From a virus (taxonomy: Duplodnaviria; Caudoviricetes), in IMG/VR virus record IMGVR_UViG_3300020371_000002: 64,000 nucleotides of DNA; one strand, written 5' to 3'. Position numbers and translations under genes: made by a program. Under the pieces are notes generated by a model, which did no database searches, had not been told where the DNA came from, and was given only the letters and a program-made list of their open reading frames with translations. Below are positions 15,664 to 25,237 of the stretch, one piece after another (position 1 is the first letter of the stretch; the number at the start of each line of letters is the position of its first letter).

Positions 15664-16255
15664 TGGGACTATATCCTGTGTTAAAACTAACAACCATTCT
15701 GTTACCGATCTCAGTATCAGTCTTATGTTCCAACCAACTAGGAAATAAAACTAACAATCCATGTGAAGGCCAAACTGTGTTGTATCCAAAAGCATTAGGA
15801 TTCAACTTGTTCTCAGAAGGAGGACGGTACAGTTCATTCATCTTGTATGGCCAAATAGGACTCCTAAAGAGTAACGGAGCGATCTCACCTTCGACTCTAG
15901 GATATAGAGCACCACTGATTGCACTTCCTTCATGACGATGAAGTTCTAAATGTCCCCCAGGCGGAGTCATATTAAACCAACTCTCAACAATCTCCACATT
16001 AAAAATACCTAGACGATCCTGATAGTCTTCAAGACACACTTTGATATGTTGCTTGAGATCTGTTAGATCAGGATGGTCTAGGAGATTTGCTTGTGGACTA
16101 AATGTACTCTCTCCACCCACAACTAAAGGAAAATTATTCCTTTCGGATTGTTCTATTACTTTTAGTAGGGGTTGGAAATCATAATAAGATAGATCATATA
16201 CAGAGACTGGAGTTGGAAACAAATCCAACTCAGCCTTCTTCAATTCTTCAGACAT
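15650..16255 (-). CDS. Putative Fe(II)/2OG oxygenase (TIGR02466-like)
   Basis: LFPTPV, ESWFN..PPGG..ELHRH, ISGALY, LVLFPSWLEH, RMVVSFN. Confidence 0.85.
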   Translation of the reverse strand: MSEELKKAELDLFPTPVSVYDLSYYDFQPLLKVIEQSERNNFPLVVGGESTFSPQANLLDHPDLTDLKQHIKVCLEDYQDRLGIFNVEIVESWFNMTPPGGHLELHRHEGSAISGALYPRVEGEIAPLLFRSPIWPYKMNELYRPPSENKLNPNAFGYNTVWPSHGLLVLFPSWLEHKTDTEIGNRMVVSFNTGYSPNDTE

Positions 16256-16467
16256 TATTTAAAACCTTTTTGTTTCTTGGGTTTATCTAGTACCTCGATA
16301 TGAGATAACCAAATACCTTTCTCAAACCATGCTGCTTGAGCTTGCATGTAATCATCCGTTATGAAAGATTCGCCAGATTTGGCAACAACTTTATATTCGT
16401 GACGATCATAAGGTTCATCAGAAGTCTGAGTGAAATAACGAGGATCACTGGGGGCAATTAGATTCAT
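16255..16467 (-). CDS. Conserved hypothetical protein
   Basis: DPRYFTQTSDEPYDRHEYKVV...SHIEVLD. Confidence 0.65.
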   Translation of the reverse strand: MNLIAPSDPRYFTQTSDEPYDRHEYKVVAKSGESFITDDYMQAQAAWFEKGIWLSHIEVLDKPKKQKGFK

Positions 16468-16787
16468 GATACATGTAGATGTCCAATCATTCCAGCACCT
16501 TTATGTGGATCACACCAGAAGGTATAGTCGCCTGGTTCTGGAAAAGTGAGGTCGAATGACTCTCCCGAAGCGAAAGCAAGTCCGTCATGGGAGAGTTCGG
16601 GATGATCCTCCACGATTACATTGTGTGGAGGAAGCATTCCATTTACAAAATGCACTGTGTCGCCTGCGTTAATTGTAACATCGGAAGGTTCAAAAATCAA
16701 ATTGCCTTCTGAACCCATAACGATGTCCAATGCATGTACAGGGAGTGCGAAAAAAAGTGTAGCAAGTAGTGCGAAGAAAAACTTCAT
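16464..16787 (-). CDS. petE: Plastocyanin
   Basis: Signal peptide, PHNV, C-x2-H-x4-M (CDPHKGAGM) type-1 copper ligands. Confidence 0.95.
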   Translation of the reverse strand: MKFFFALLATLFFALPVHALDIVMGSEGNLIFEPSDVTINAGDTVHFVNGMLPPHNVIVEDHPELSHDGLAFASGESFDLTFPEPGDYTFWCDPHKGAGMIGHLHVS

Positions 16788-16821
16788 GTAGTATACGCAA
16801 CTACCTTTATGTAGGTAGTTA

Positions 16822-17067
16822 TTACTCCTGATGATGTGCTTTTAGGTCAGGATTTGGTGACGATTTTTCTTTGGCCGACAGGGTTTTGTTTTGAAGGACA
16901 ATAAACTTATCCTTCTTAAACGTCCCCGCAGTTTTGACCTCAATATCGTGACCATTCCAACCTAACTCAGAAATCTGGAGGGCTAGTTGACCTAGCCATC
17001 CACCTTCAGATTGAATAGTATTACTACCCAGAACTTTTTCGTCTGGATCAAGTGAACCGTGTTTCAA
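16822..17067 (-). CDS. Hypothetical protein downstream of psbD
   Basis: ATGA-coupled to the psbD stop. Confidence 0.55.
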   Translation of the reverse strand: MKHGSLDPDEKVLGSNTIQSEGGWLGQLALQISELGWNGHDIEVKTAGTFKKDKFIVLQNKTLSAKEKSSPNPDLKAHHQE

Positions 17068-18119
17068 AGTGCGTTGCCTCGTGGTAAAACTTCTTCTGGG
17101 AATACGAAGTTCTCATGTGGTTGGTCAGCAGGTGCCATCCAAGCACGAAGACCTTCATTCAGAAGGATATTTTTGGTGTAGAAGGTCTCAAATTCAGGAT
17201 CTTCTGATGCTCTCAGTTCCTGGGATACAAAGTCATAAGCCCTAAGGTTGAGAGCAAGACCAATAATACCGATGGAACTTGTCCACAGACCCATAACAGG
17301 AACAAACAACATAAAGAAATGCAGCCACCTCTTATTGCTAAACGCAATACCAAAGATCTGAGACCAGAAGCGGTTTGCAGTAACCATTGAATAGGTTTCT
17401 TCTTCCTGAGTTGAGTCGAAGGCTTTAAATGTGTTTGCCTGTTCACCGTCTTCATAGAGAGTATTCTCTACTGTAACACCGTGGATTGCAGAAAGCAATG
17501 CACCACCAAGGATACCTGCAACACCCATCATATGAAATGGATTCAGGGTCCAATTATGAAATCCTTGGAGGAAGAGTAGGAATCGGAAGATTGCTGATAC
17601 ACCGAAGGATGGAGCAAAGAACCAACTGCTTTGCCCCAAAGGATAGATGAGGAAAACAGAGACGAAGACAGCAATAGGACCAGAGAAAGCAATTGCATTA
17701 TAGGGACGAATACCAACGAGTCTAGAAATTTCAAACTGTCGTAACATAAATCCAATCAGAGCGAAGGCCCCGTGGAGGGCAGTGAACGCCCAGAGTCCTC
17801 CTAACTGAACCCATCGAACGAAGTCTCCTTGCGCCTCAGGACCCCACAGGAGGAGTAGAGAGTGTCCCATGGCGTCTGCAGGTGTAGAGACTGCAGCAGT
17901 AAGGAAATTACAACCTTCGAGATAAGATGAAGCAAGACCATGCGTGTACCAACTAGTTACAAATGTAGTACCAGTCAACCACGCACCAATAGCAAGATAT
18001 GCCGTGGGGAATAGTAAGATTCCTGACCAACCAACAAAAACAAATCGATCTCGTTTAAGCCAGTCGTCAAGAACATCAAACCAACCGATCCTCGGCTGAA
18101 CCAGAGTTGATGCGGTCAT
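17064..18119 (-). CDS. psbD: Photosystem II D2 protein
   Basis: [16 protein letters not shown]...[18 protein letters not shown]...[10 protein letters not shown]. Confidence 0.99.
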   Translation of the reverse strand: MTASTLVQPRIGWFDVLDDWLKRDRFVFVGWSGILLFPTAYLAIGAWLTGTTFVTSWYTHGLASSYLEGCNFLTAAVSTPADAMGHSLLLLWGPEAQGDFVRWVQLGGLWAFTALHGAFALIGFMLRQFEISRLVGIRPYNAIAFSGPIAVFVSVFLIYPLGQSSWFFAPSFGVSAIFRFLLFLQGFHNWTLNPFHMMGVAGILGGALLSAIHGVTVENTLYEDGEQANTFKAFDSTQEEETYSMVTANRFWSQIFGIAFSNKRWLHFFMLFVPVMGLWTSSIGIIGLALNLRAYDFVSQELRASEDPEFETFYTKNILLNEGLRAWMAPADQPHENFVFPEEVLPRGNAL

Positions 18120-18228
18120 TTTTATTCTTTCCTTTTTTTAAATAAAATAATTGTGGCCAAGTATCTTGAATGATCTCAGCAAGTTTATATGATGTCTCCG
18201 AAGTTATCATAACTTTACATATGAAGAG

Positions 18229-18253
18229 AAAAAGAAAGGGACCCTAAGGTCCC
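18229..18253 (-). terminator. psbA terminator hairpin
   Basis: GGGACC-TTAG-GGTCCC followed by a T-rich tract. Confidence 0.75.
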
Positions 18254-18277
18254 ATGTAAAATTATATGTAACTTCTA

Positions 18278-19357
18278 TCAACCGATAGCAGGTGCGGTGA
18301 GTGCCACAGGAGTGGACTCAGCAGCAGCAAGGTCAAGAGGGAAGTTGTGAGCGTTACGCTCGTGCATTACTTCCATACCAAGACCAGCACGGTTGAGAAC
18401 ATCAGCCCAAGTAGGGATGATTTTGTTCTGACTATCAACAATAGACTGGTTGAAGTTGAAACCGTTCAAGTTGAACGCCATCGTAGACACACCCAGTGCG
18501 GTGAACCAAATACCAACTACAGGCCATGCAGCAAGGAAGAAGTGCAAGGAACGGGAGTTGTTAAAAGATGCGTACTGGAAGATCAGGCGACCGAAGTAGC
18601 CGTGAGCAGCGACGATGTTATAAGTCTCTTCTTCCTGACCAAACTTGTAACCATAGTTCTGCGACTCAGTTTCGGTAGTCTCGCGAACCAACGAAGAAGT
18701 AACCAGACTTCCATGCATAGCAGAGAAAAGAGATCCACCGAATACCCCAGCAACACCGAGCATGTGGAACGGATGCATAAGGATATTGTGTTCTGCTTGG
18801 AATACAAGCATGTAGTTAAAAGTACCAGAGATACCAAGAGGCATACCATCGGAGAAAGAACCCTGACCAAAGGGGTAGACGAGGAAAACAGCAGTTGCAG
18901 CAGCAACGGGTGCGCTATAAGCAACACAGATCCAGGGACGCATACCCAGGCGATAGGAGAGTTCCCACTCACGACCCATATAAGCGAAGACGCCAATAAG
19001 GAAGTGGAAGACTACGAGTTGGTAAGGACCACCGTTATACAACCACTCATCAAGAGAGGCAGCTTCCCAAATGGGATAGAAGTGGAGTCCAATTGCGTTT
19101 GAAGAAGGGACAACAGCACCAGAGATGATGTTGTTACCGTACATGAGTGAACCAGCGACGGGTTCACGGATACCGTCGATATCGACGGGGGGTGCTGCGA
19201 TGAACGCAACAATGAAACAAATAGTAGCAGCCAGCAGGGTAGGGATCATCAGAGTACCGAACCAACCCACATAGAGGCGGTTCTCGGTAGAAGTTACCCA
19301 CTGACAAAACGATTCCCAGTTAGATTGGGACTGGGGGCGTGAAAGTGTTTGAGCCAT
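18278..19357 (-). CDS. psbA: Photosystem II D1 protein, no intron
   Basis: [10 protein letters not shown]...[13 protein letters not shown]. Confidence 0.99.
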   Translation of the reverse strand: MAQTLSRPQSQSNWESFCQWVTSTENRLYVGWFGTLMIPTLLAATICFIVAFIAAPPVDIDGIREPVAGSLMYGNNIISGAVVPSSNAIGLHFYPIWEAASLDEWLYNGGPYQLVVFHFLIGVFAYMGREWELSYRLGMRPWICVAYSAPVAAATAVFLVYPFGQGSFSDGMPLGISGTFNYMLVFQAEHNILMHPFHMLGVAGVFGGSLFSAMHGSLVTSSLVRETTETESQNYGYKFGQEEETYNIVAAHGYFGRLIFQYASFNNSRSLHFFLAAWPVVGIWFTALGVSTMAFNLNGFNFNQSIVDSQNKIIPTWADVLNRAGLGMEVMHERNAHNFPLDLAAAESTPVALTAPAIG

Positions 19358-19475
19358 TTTAAATAAGAATAAGTAAGACCATCAGGGAAATGGTGGAGTT
19401 ACTATTCCTCTGCGCCCTAGGCAGAGGTATGAGAGACTGTTCTTTAGACACGCTGTTTAGTCTCGGTCAGGCGTG
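19358..19475 (-). ncRNA. Structured psbA 5' leader (PhotoRC-II-like motif)
   Basis: Hairpins ACACGCCTG/CAGCGTGT, CCTCTGC/GCAGAGG and ACCAT/ATGGT directly upstream of psbA. Confidence 0.55.
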
Positions 19476-19519
19476 TTTACAACCAGTTAAAGAACTTTAC
19501 ATTCCGTAACGTGTTGATG

Positions 19520-19553
19520 TATTTATAATACTCTGGTTCGGTTTTCCTGTCAA
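19520..19553 (-). promoter_or_regulatory. Composite psbA promoter (sigma70 plus T4 late)
   Basis: TTGACA-17nt-TATTAT, with the -10 box overlapping TATAAATA. Confidence 0.8.
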
Positions 19554-19578
19554 TAGGAAAAGATGAGTATTTTTACCG

Positions 19579-19608
19579 AAAAAAAGGACCCGTTGACTAG
19601 ACGGGCCC
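19579..19608 (-). terminator. Intrinsic terminator
   Basis: GGGCCCGT-7nt-ACGGGTCC-T7. Confidence 0.8.
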
Positions 19609-19637
19609 TGAAAGCTTATGATCTTTTATGTCATCGG

Positions 19638-19823
19638 TTATCGGTCGTGATGGGAGGATAAAATCGACCTGCAGATGCGTTTGCATGTGTTGTGTTCTTC
19701 GTCACACTCAACTAAGCAGTCAAAATAATCGTTGATCCTATCGGTTTCATCCTGGGCATCTGAAAAAACAGGACTGTGTAATTTCCACTCTGCTAGTTGG
19801 TTATACGAAAGTAAATTGTGCAT
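19638..19823 (-). CDS. Small Cys-rich hypothetical protein
   Basis: GGAG SD; C-x3-C-x6-C-x3-C motif. Confidence 0.7.
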   Translation of the reverse strand: MHNLLSYNQLAEWKLHSPVFSDAQDETDRINDYFDCLVECDEEHNTCKRICRSILSSHHDR

Positions 19824-19987
19824 AATTGATTCTCCACTTACACATTCAGAAGGTATGACAAAGAAGGGGCTTTCATTTCATAGTCTTCTTCTCAATTCTA
19901 TCACTACTTATAAGAGAAAGTGTCGATATTACAACAAAAAATGGTATATTTAACAACAATTATTTTTTAGTAACATAATCGATTAAG

Positions 19988-21256
19988 TTACTTTACGCAA
20001 GAGGTACATACATGTGCCAGTTCTGGAAGATGTTCAAAGTACCCAAAGTCAAACACGGCATCGAGTTCCCAGATAAACATTGGGTGAGCAATGGGAGATG
20101 TAGTCCAAGGGTCATCCATCTGCACCGCGCCCTCTAAAGTAAAGTCTTGGGACATACAGATCTTCATAAACTCAGATCCTTGAACTTGATTCAGGGATAC
20201 CTCAGAAGCCCAATCCCAGAAAGGAGTCTTATGAATACTTCCTCTATGGTAATGAAAAGCAATGAAGTCTCGGAATGAACTCAGATATGTAGTGTACTGA
20301 TTATTCAATTCATCTTCCGACATATCATATGTGAAATACTCAACCGCCAAAGTGGCAAGGGTTGTGTAGAGAGGAACTCCATATCCGTGAAGAGGTTCAT
20401 ATGTATAGAGAGCATTTCCATTTCTTAGAATTCTTCCATCAACAAACTTCTTTGAGTGATAATGGGGCCAACTAAAAGACTTTACGTTATCTCTAAGTTT
20501 ATCGTAATCAATATGTTGTCTGGGAATCCTATGTTCTCTAAGGAATCTATGTGAGTCCTCAATGGCCTCTTCTTTGGTAGTAACCTTATTATTGTATAGG
20601 TATCCCCAACTACTCCTGTTACTAACTGGTATACCAAACATCCAACCATTTGGATGGGCAATGTGATAGGTCCATTCCCAGTCTCCTGGTTTATCACAGA
20701 CGTTTATGATAGCAGAATTAATTACAATCGATTCTGGGCTCTCATATGTATCATCAAATTCCTGTGGTATACCTCTACAGTCAATAATATAATGATATTC
20801 GTGCGTCTCTCCATTCATAGAGAGATATGCCCTTTTAGAGTCCTGCCAAAACCTATCTACAGTACCATGAACTTCTTTAAACTTGTGTCCCCAATAATGT
20901 TTGAGTCTTGGCAGTACAAATGATCTCCAAGAATATGTGTCAGCGTGTACTCCTTGACAAGACAAAGACAGATACCCGTTGAGACTCTCAGGAAAGTTCT
21001 GAGACTCGCACCAGTCCACAAGGGCAACACCATGTTTGATTGTGGCATTTACTTCCTTCATATCAAAGGGAAACTGGAACTGCAACGCTCCCCTTAGTAA
21101 CTGAACGAAGTCATGCGAAAGACTTTCTCCCACGCCAATAATAGGAGAATTAGGATCGTGAATAAGATCTATTTTTAAATTCTCTGGAGATCTGGAACAC
21201 ATCACCATAGCCGTGACTAGCCCTCCAGTTCCTCCACCAATGACAGCAATTTTCAT
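19988..21256 (-). CDS. Flavin-dependent tryptophan-halogenase-like protein (PrnA family)
   Basis: MKIAVIGGGTGG, IGVGES, NATIKHG (conserved Lys), GWMFGIP, EPL. Confidence 0.8.
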   Translation of the reverse strand: MKIAVIGGGTGGLVTAMVMCSRSPENLKIDLIHDPNSPIIGVGESLSHDFVQLLRGALQFQFPFDMKEVNATIKHGVALVDWCESQNFPESLNGYLSLSCQGVHADTYSWRSFVLPRLKHYWGHKFKEVHGTVDRFWQDSKRAYLSMNGETHEYHYIIDCRGIPQEFDDTYESPESIVINSAIINVCDKPGDWEWTYHIAHPNGWMFGIPVSNRSSWGYLYNNKVTTKEEAIEDSHRFLREHRIPRQHIDYDKLRDNVKSFSWPHYHSKKFVDGRILRNGNALYTYEPLHGYGVPLYTTLATLAVEYFTYDMSEDELNNQYTTYLSSFRDFIAFHYHRGSIHKTPFWDWASEVSLNQVQGSEFMKICMSQDFTLEGAVQMDDPWTTSPIAHPMFIWELDAVFDFGYFEHLPELAHVCTSCVK

Positions 21257-21262
21257 AGTGAA

Positions 21263-21330
21263 CCTGGCCAACGAAAAAAAGCCCAGAATTTTTTTCCGAG
21301 CTTTTTTGGAATCAAAGTCCGTTTTTGGTA
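21263..21330. repeat. Dispersed ~65 bp repeat, copy 2
   Basis: Nearly identical to 2346-2413. Confidence 0.85.
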
Positions 21331-21476
21331 CGGCCTCCCTCTTTAGTTTTGTTATACACTATGATCTCATTTCCATCATGGGTGAAGACGAGTTCATCAT
21401 CATGGTCCCAACAAAGTTCTTCGTAGAGAGCATTGAGTTTCTCCATGTCTTCATAGAGAGCGTTAGGGTTAGGCAT
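21312..21476 (-). CDS. Small acidic hypothetical protein (54 aa)
   Basis: MPNPNALYEDMEKLNALYEELCWDHDDELVFTHDG... Confidence 0.65.
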   Translation of the reverse strand: MPNPNALYEDMEKLNALYEELCWDHDDELVFTHDGNEIIVYNKTKEGGRTKNGL

Positions 21477-21510
21477 AATGTATACTACTTAATGCTTGAA
21501 TCTAACATAT

Positions 21511-21636
21511 TTAGATGGGGTTGTAAACGGGTTGCATCAACCCACCACCTTGATCATCATCGTCGTCAGTTTTATCAGCAAAGACGACTGACCATAATAT
21601 GAATGATCCAATCAGCGATGCTGCTAAAACTAACAT
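21511..21636 (-). CDS. Single-TM microprotein (41 aa)
   Basis: MLVLAASLIGSFILWSVVFADKTDDDDDQGGGLMQPVYNPI. Confidence 0.6.
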   Translation of the reverse strand: MLVLAASLIGSFILWSVVFADKTDDDDDQGGGLMQPVYNPI

Positions 21637-21743
21637 TACCAAACTCCTGGGATGAGTTGTCCTGTGGTTGCATAAGAACCAAATGCTGCAACGATACCGA
21701 TCATTGCTGCCCAACCGTTAAACTTTTCTGCTTCTGGTGTCAT
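21636..21743 (-). CDS. hli: High-light-inducible protein (35 aa; missed by the ORF track)
   Basis: AEKFNGWAAMIG chlorophyll-binding motif, TGQLIPG. Confidence 0.9.
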   Translation of the reverse strand: MTPEAEKFNGWAAMIGIVAAFGSYATTGQLIPGVW

Positions 21744-21762
21744 TGTAAATCTCCTGTGTGGT

Positions 21763-21972
21763 TTAAACTAATCCGAAAAATAGGTTACCAGTGAAGGTAT
21801 ATGAGATTGCTCCGAAGAGAATACCCATCATTGCTGCACGTCCGTTCCAAAGTTCTGCTTTTTCAGCATGAGTTTGGTATCCGTAACGTTCTGCATCTGT
21901 TTTAGAAACCCACATTTGTGGTTCCTTAGCGAACATGTTCTGTTGTCCGTACTCGTTTGTTGTAACAGTCAT
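21763..21972 (-). CDS. hli: High-light-inducible protein
   Basis: NMFAKEP, AELWNGRAAMMG. Confidence 0.92.
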   Translation of the reverse strand: MTVTTNEYGQQNMFAKEPQMWVSKTDAERYGYQTHAEKAELWNGRAAMMGILFGAISYTFTGNLFFGLV

Positions 21973-22010
21973 GATACAAATGTGTCCCTTATGTAACGAA
22001 TTACTACATA

Positions 22011-22039
22011 ATTATATAGGAAACGTAAAGTTTTGTCAA
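22011..22039 (-). promoter_or_regulatory. Consensus sigma70 promoter for the hli genes
   Basis: TTGACA-17nt-TATAAT. Confidence 0.85.
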
Positions 22040-22044
22040 CAAAG

Positions 22045-24453
22045 TTAACAATCGATTTTCCAGATTCTCTGACAATAATCCTTGATAGATCTGTCTGAAG
22101 AGAAGAACCCAGATCTGGCAATGTTTTTCAGTGATTTCTTATACCAATCTTTTCTGTCAACCCAGTTCTCACTAACTTGATCTTGTACAGAAACATAGTG
22201 TTCTAGGTCAGCCAAAACAAAGAATGGATCGTGATTAATAATGTTGTCTAATAGGTCCGAGAAAAGATTCTGATCACCGTGACTAAAATGTCCAACTCTA
22301 ATCAGATTTAATGCCTCTTCAATCTCATGGTTGAGGAAATTCCTTGGATAGTATCCATTGGATTGTAACTGACCAATCTCTTCCTCATTCTTACCAAACA
22401 AGAAGAAGTTTTCTTCACCTACAAGGTCACGGATCTCTACGTTAGCACCATCAAGTGTACCAATAGTCAAAGCACCGTTCATCTGGAACTTCATATTACC
22501 TGTACCAGATGCTTCCTTACCTGCGGTAGAGATCTGTTCTGATAGATCTGCGGCAGGGTAAACCAACTCACCCAACTTGACACTATAGTTTGGAAGGAAT
22601 ACAACTTTGAGTTTACCCTCCATGTCTGGGTCAGAATTAATTACCTCAGCAAGACAATTAATAAAGTGGATGATCTGTTTGGCCATGTAATATCCAGGTG
22701 CAGCTTTACCACCAAAGATTACGGTTCTGGGAACATAACTGGCACCATTCTTAATGCGAAGGTATTGAATAACAACTTCAAGAGCCTTCAGGTGTTGTCT
22801 CTTGTACTCATGAATCCTCTTCACATGAACATCAAACATACTAGAAGGATCTACAAGTACACCAAGATTATTATTGATGTAAGAAGCAAGTTTATGTTTT
22901 CCAATCAGTTTGGTCTCTGCAATCTTCTCTAGAAGATTAGAATCATCCTGTTGTTCTTCCAGTTTCCTAAGGATATCCATGTTGGTTACCCACTCAGGTC
23001 CAACAGCATCATCTAAAACCTCAGCGAGTGGTTGATTACATGACTTCAACCAACGTCGTGGAGTCACACCATTAGTAACGTTCTCGAACTTGTGTGGCCA
23101 CAAATCATAGAACTCTGGCATCAACTGACTCTTAACCAACTCAGAGTGGAGAACTGCAACACCATTCACATGGTGAGATCCAACAGTTGCAAGGTGAGCC
23201 ATTCGTACAGACTTGTTACCATCTTCACAGATGATAGAGAGTTTAGAAAGCATCTCAGAATCGCCAGGATACTTCAATCTAACTACCTGTAGGAACCTCT
23301 CATTGATCTCGTAGATGATCTCTAGGTGACGAGGCAGGAGTTCTTCGAACATACTAACGTCCCACTTCTCTAACGCCTCAGGCAGGAGTGTATGGTTGGT
23401 ATATGCAATCGACTTACTTGTAACACTCCATGCTGTATCCCAGTCCAACTGATGTTCATCAATCAACAGTCTCATCAACTCTGCGACAGCAATAGATGGA
23501 TGAGTATCATTGAGTTGCAGTGTATAGTAATCTGCAAAATCAGTTACAGGAACACCCCTCTTGATAAGAGACATCAACATGTCCTGAATAGAACAACTCA
23601 CAAAGAAGAATTGTTGTTTCAGTCTCAACTGGCGTCCTGCATCTGTTCCATCGTTAGGGTACAGAACCTTAGAGATAGTCTCAGAACGAACACTCTCTTC
23701 TACAGATCCAAGATAGTCTCCCTGATTGAAAGCACCAAAGTCAAATATATCTTTAGCATCGGCTCTCCAGAGTCTTAACTTATTACACCCGTTTTTATAT
23801 CCCACCTGAAGAACGTCATAAGGAACACCCTCAACAATCTGAGAGGGAACCCAACGACTTTTATATGTGCCATCAGTGGATGAAGTATAGTGTTCTACCT
23901 TACCACCGAATCCAACTGTACGAGTGTCATCAGGGTAGGCAAGTTCCCAAGGCCATCCACCATGCAACCAGTTATCAGTAACCTCATACTGTTGATTATC
24001 AGAAATGACCTGTTTAAAGATACCAAATTTATATCTAATACCGTATCCAATAGCAGGTACTTCTAGAGTCGATAGAGACTCCATATAACATGCAGCCAGA
24101 CGACCAAGACCTCCATTACCCAGTCCAGGTTCCTCTGACTTCTCTAGAACCTCCTCAAGGGTAAGATCATACTGTTCTAATGCTTGTCTGGCTTCCTCTT
24201 GAATACCAAGGTTGACAAGATTATTTCCTAACTGTGGTCCAATCAAAAATTCTGCGGACAAGTATGCAACTTGTTTTGTATTCTCAGACTTGGCTAACTG
24301 ATTCAGATGAAGATCCATCATCCGATCCCTTACTGCATAACAGAGTGCCATATAAAAATCATATGCACTTGCAGTATCGACACGTTTTCCTAGAGTATAA
24401 AAGATATGTTGTCCAATACTGTCTAGGAGTTCATTCTTATTAGTTGTGGTCAT
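22045..24453 (-). CDS. glgP: Glycogen/alpha-glucan phosphorylase (GT35), 802 aa
   Basis: GLGNGGLGRLAAC, RLKQQFFFV, QLNDTHP, KRIHEYKRQ, PLP-Lys motif EASGTGNMK, GFFSSDRSI. Confidence 0.97.
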   Translation of the reverse strand: MTTTNKNELLDSIGQHIFYTLGKRVDTASAYDFYMALCYAVRDRMMDLHLNQLAKSENTKQVAYLSAEFLIGPQLGNNLVNLGIQEEARQALEQYDLTLEEVLEKSEEPGLGNGGLGRLAACYMESLSTLEVPAIGYGIRYKFGIFKQVISDNQQYEVTDNWLHGGWPWELAYPDDTRTVGFGGKVEHYTSSTDGTYKSRWVPSQIVEGVPYDVLQVGYKNGCNKLRLWRADAKDIFDFGAFNQGDYLGSVEESVRSETISKVLYPNDGTDAGRQLRLKQQFFFVSCSIQDMLMSLIKRGVPVTDFADYYTLQLNDTHPSIAVAELMRLLIDEHQLDWDTAWSVTSKSIAYTNHTLLPEALEKWDVSMFEELLPRHLEIIYEINERFLQVVRLKYPGDSEMLSKLSIICEDGNKSVRMAHLATVGSHHVNGVAVLHSELVKSQLMPEFYDLWPHKFENVTNGVTPRRWLKSCNQPLAEVLDDAVGPEWVTNMDILRKLEEQQDDSNLLEKIAETKLIGKHKLASYINNNLGVLVDPSSMFDVHVKRIHEYKRQHLKALEVVIQYLRIKNGASYVPRTVIFGGKAAPGYYMAKQIIHFINCLAEVINSDPDMEGKLKVVFLPNYSVKLGELVYPAADLSEQISTAGKEASGTGNMKFQMNGALTIGTLDGANVEIRDLVGEENFFLFGKNEEEIGQLQSNGYYPRNFLNHEIEEALNLIRVGHFSHGDQNLFSDLLDNIINHDPFFVLADLEHYVSVQDQVSENWVDRKDWYKKSLKNIARSGFFSSDRSIKDYCQRIWKIDC

Positions 24454-24455
24454 GG

Positions 24456-25052
24456 TTAGTTAGTGATAGAAGGCAAATCGAATTTGTACCATCCTGTTGC
24501 GATGTACTTCTTCTGTGTTTCGGAAATTTGACTCTTGTGTGTATGAGTCCAGTAGGCAGGCCAAATAACTGCACGTCCTGCAACTGCTTCAATAATAGTT
24601 TCTTGTTCTAAAAACATAGTTCCCCCATCAGGAACGTCATTCAAATAAATCATCCATACCAGAATCCTATTAGTTCCTGATACTGAATCGGGATAATCCT
24701 CCCACCCACCTTGTTCACAATGCCATCCTTTGAATCCACCGCCAGGTTGATACATCTGGATGTTGTACTTATGATCTAGACTCCACTCATCACTAACATT
24801 GGCGACACCAGGGTGTTGTTCAATGTACTCACCTGTAAGTTCGATAAGTTTTTCTTTAAGTATTAGATCACAAGCATCTTCAGTATTGAAAGACTTGCAC
24901 CAATCAGTAGAATCTTTCCATGCCTTGTTAGCATCATAAGACCCCTGAGTTACCCCAGGGGTAAATTCACCATGATTAATGTGAAACAATTTTATTAATC
25001 GTTCACACTCTTTTGGTGTTAAAACATTATCCTTCACATATGTGAACTTCAT
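24456..25052 (-). CDS. Fe(II)/2OG oxygenase (prolyl-4-hydroxylase-like)
   Basis: WHCE...RILVWMIYLNDV..GGT.F...IWPA.WTHTH...KYIATGW. Confidence 0.85.
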   Translation of the reverse strand: MKFTYVKDNVLTPKECERLIKLFHINHGEFTPGVTQGSYDANKAWKDSTDWCKSFNTEDACDLILKEKLIELTGEYIEQHPGVANVSDEWSLDHKYNIQMYQPGGGFKGWHCEQGGWEDYPDSVSGTNRILVWMIYLNDVPDGGTMFLEQETIIEAVAGRAVIWPAYWTHTHKSQISETQKKYIATGWYKFDLPSITN

Positions 25053-25219
25053 GCATTCAGTCTCTCTTCAATCGCGAGCAATGTTTCATATGGAATCCAT
25101 GCAGGTTCCTCATCTTTGAATTGAACCTCCACTTCTTTTACATTTTTCTGTAGCCACTTTGAGTACACAACACGAGTGTTTTGTACATAGGAAATAGGAT
25201 TCATGTAACTATTTTTCAT
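25049..25219 (-). CDS. Small hypothetical protein (56 aa)
   Basis: MNPISYVQNTRVVYSKW...EVEVQFKDEEPAWIPYETL; ATGA overlap. Confidence 0.65.
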   Translation of the reverse strand: MKNSYMNPISYVQNTRVVYSKWLQKNVKEVEVQFKDEEPAWIPYETLLAIEERLNA

Positions 25220-25237
25220 TTGGTTCTATCCTATCAC

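Noticed and set aside
18347-19102. 251 aa plus-strand ORF
   Set aside because: Antisense shadow of psbA.
17064-19357. Intron or homing endonuclease in or between psbA and psbD
   Set aside because: Both genes are contiguous and of normal length; the 158 nt gap holds only a terminator and a possible micro-ORF (18076-18210).
19638-19823. CP12 call for the Cys-rich microprotein
   Set aside because: Lacks the AWD.VEEL core and the C-terminal C-x8-C pattern of CP12.
21990-22010. NtcA or RpaB(HLR1) site downstream of the hli promoter
   Set aside because: GTA...TAC spacing is 9 or 6 nt, not 8, and only one good GTTACATA half-site is present; insufficient support.
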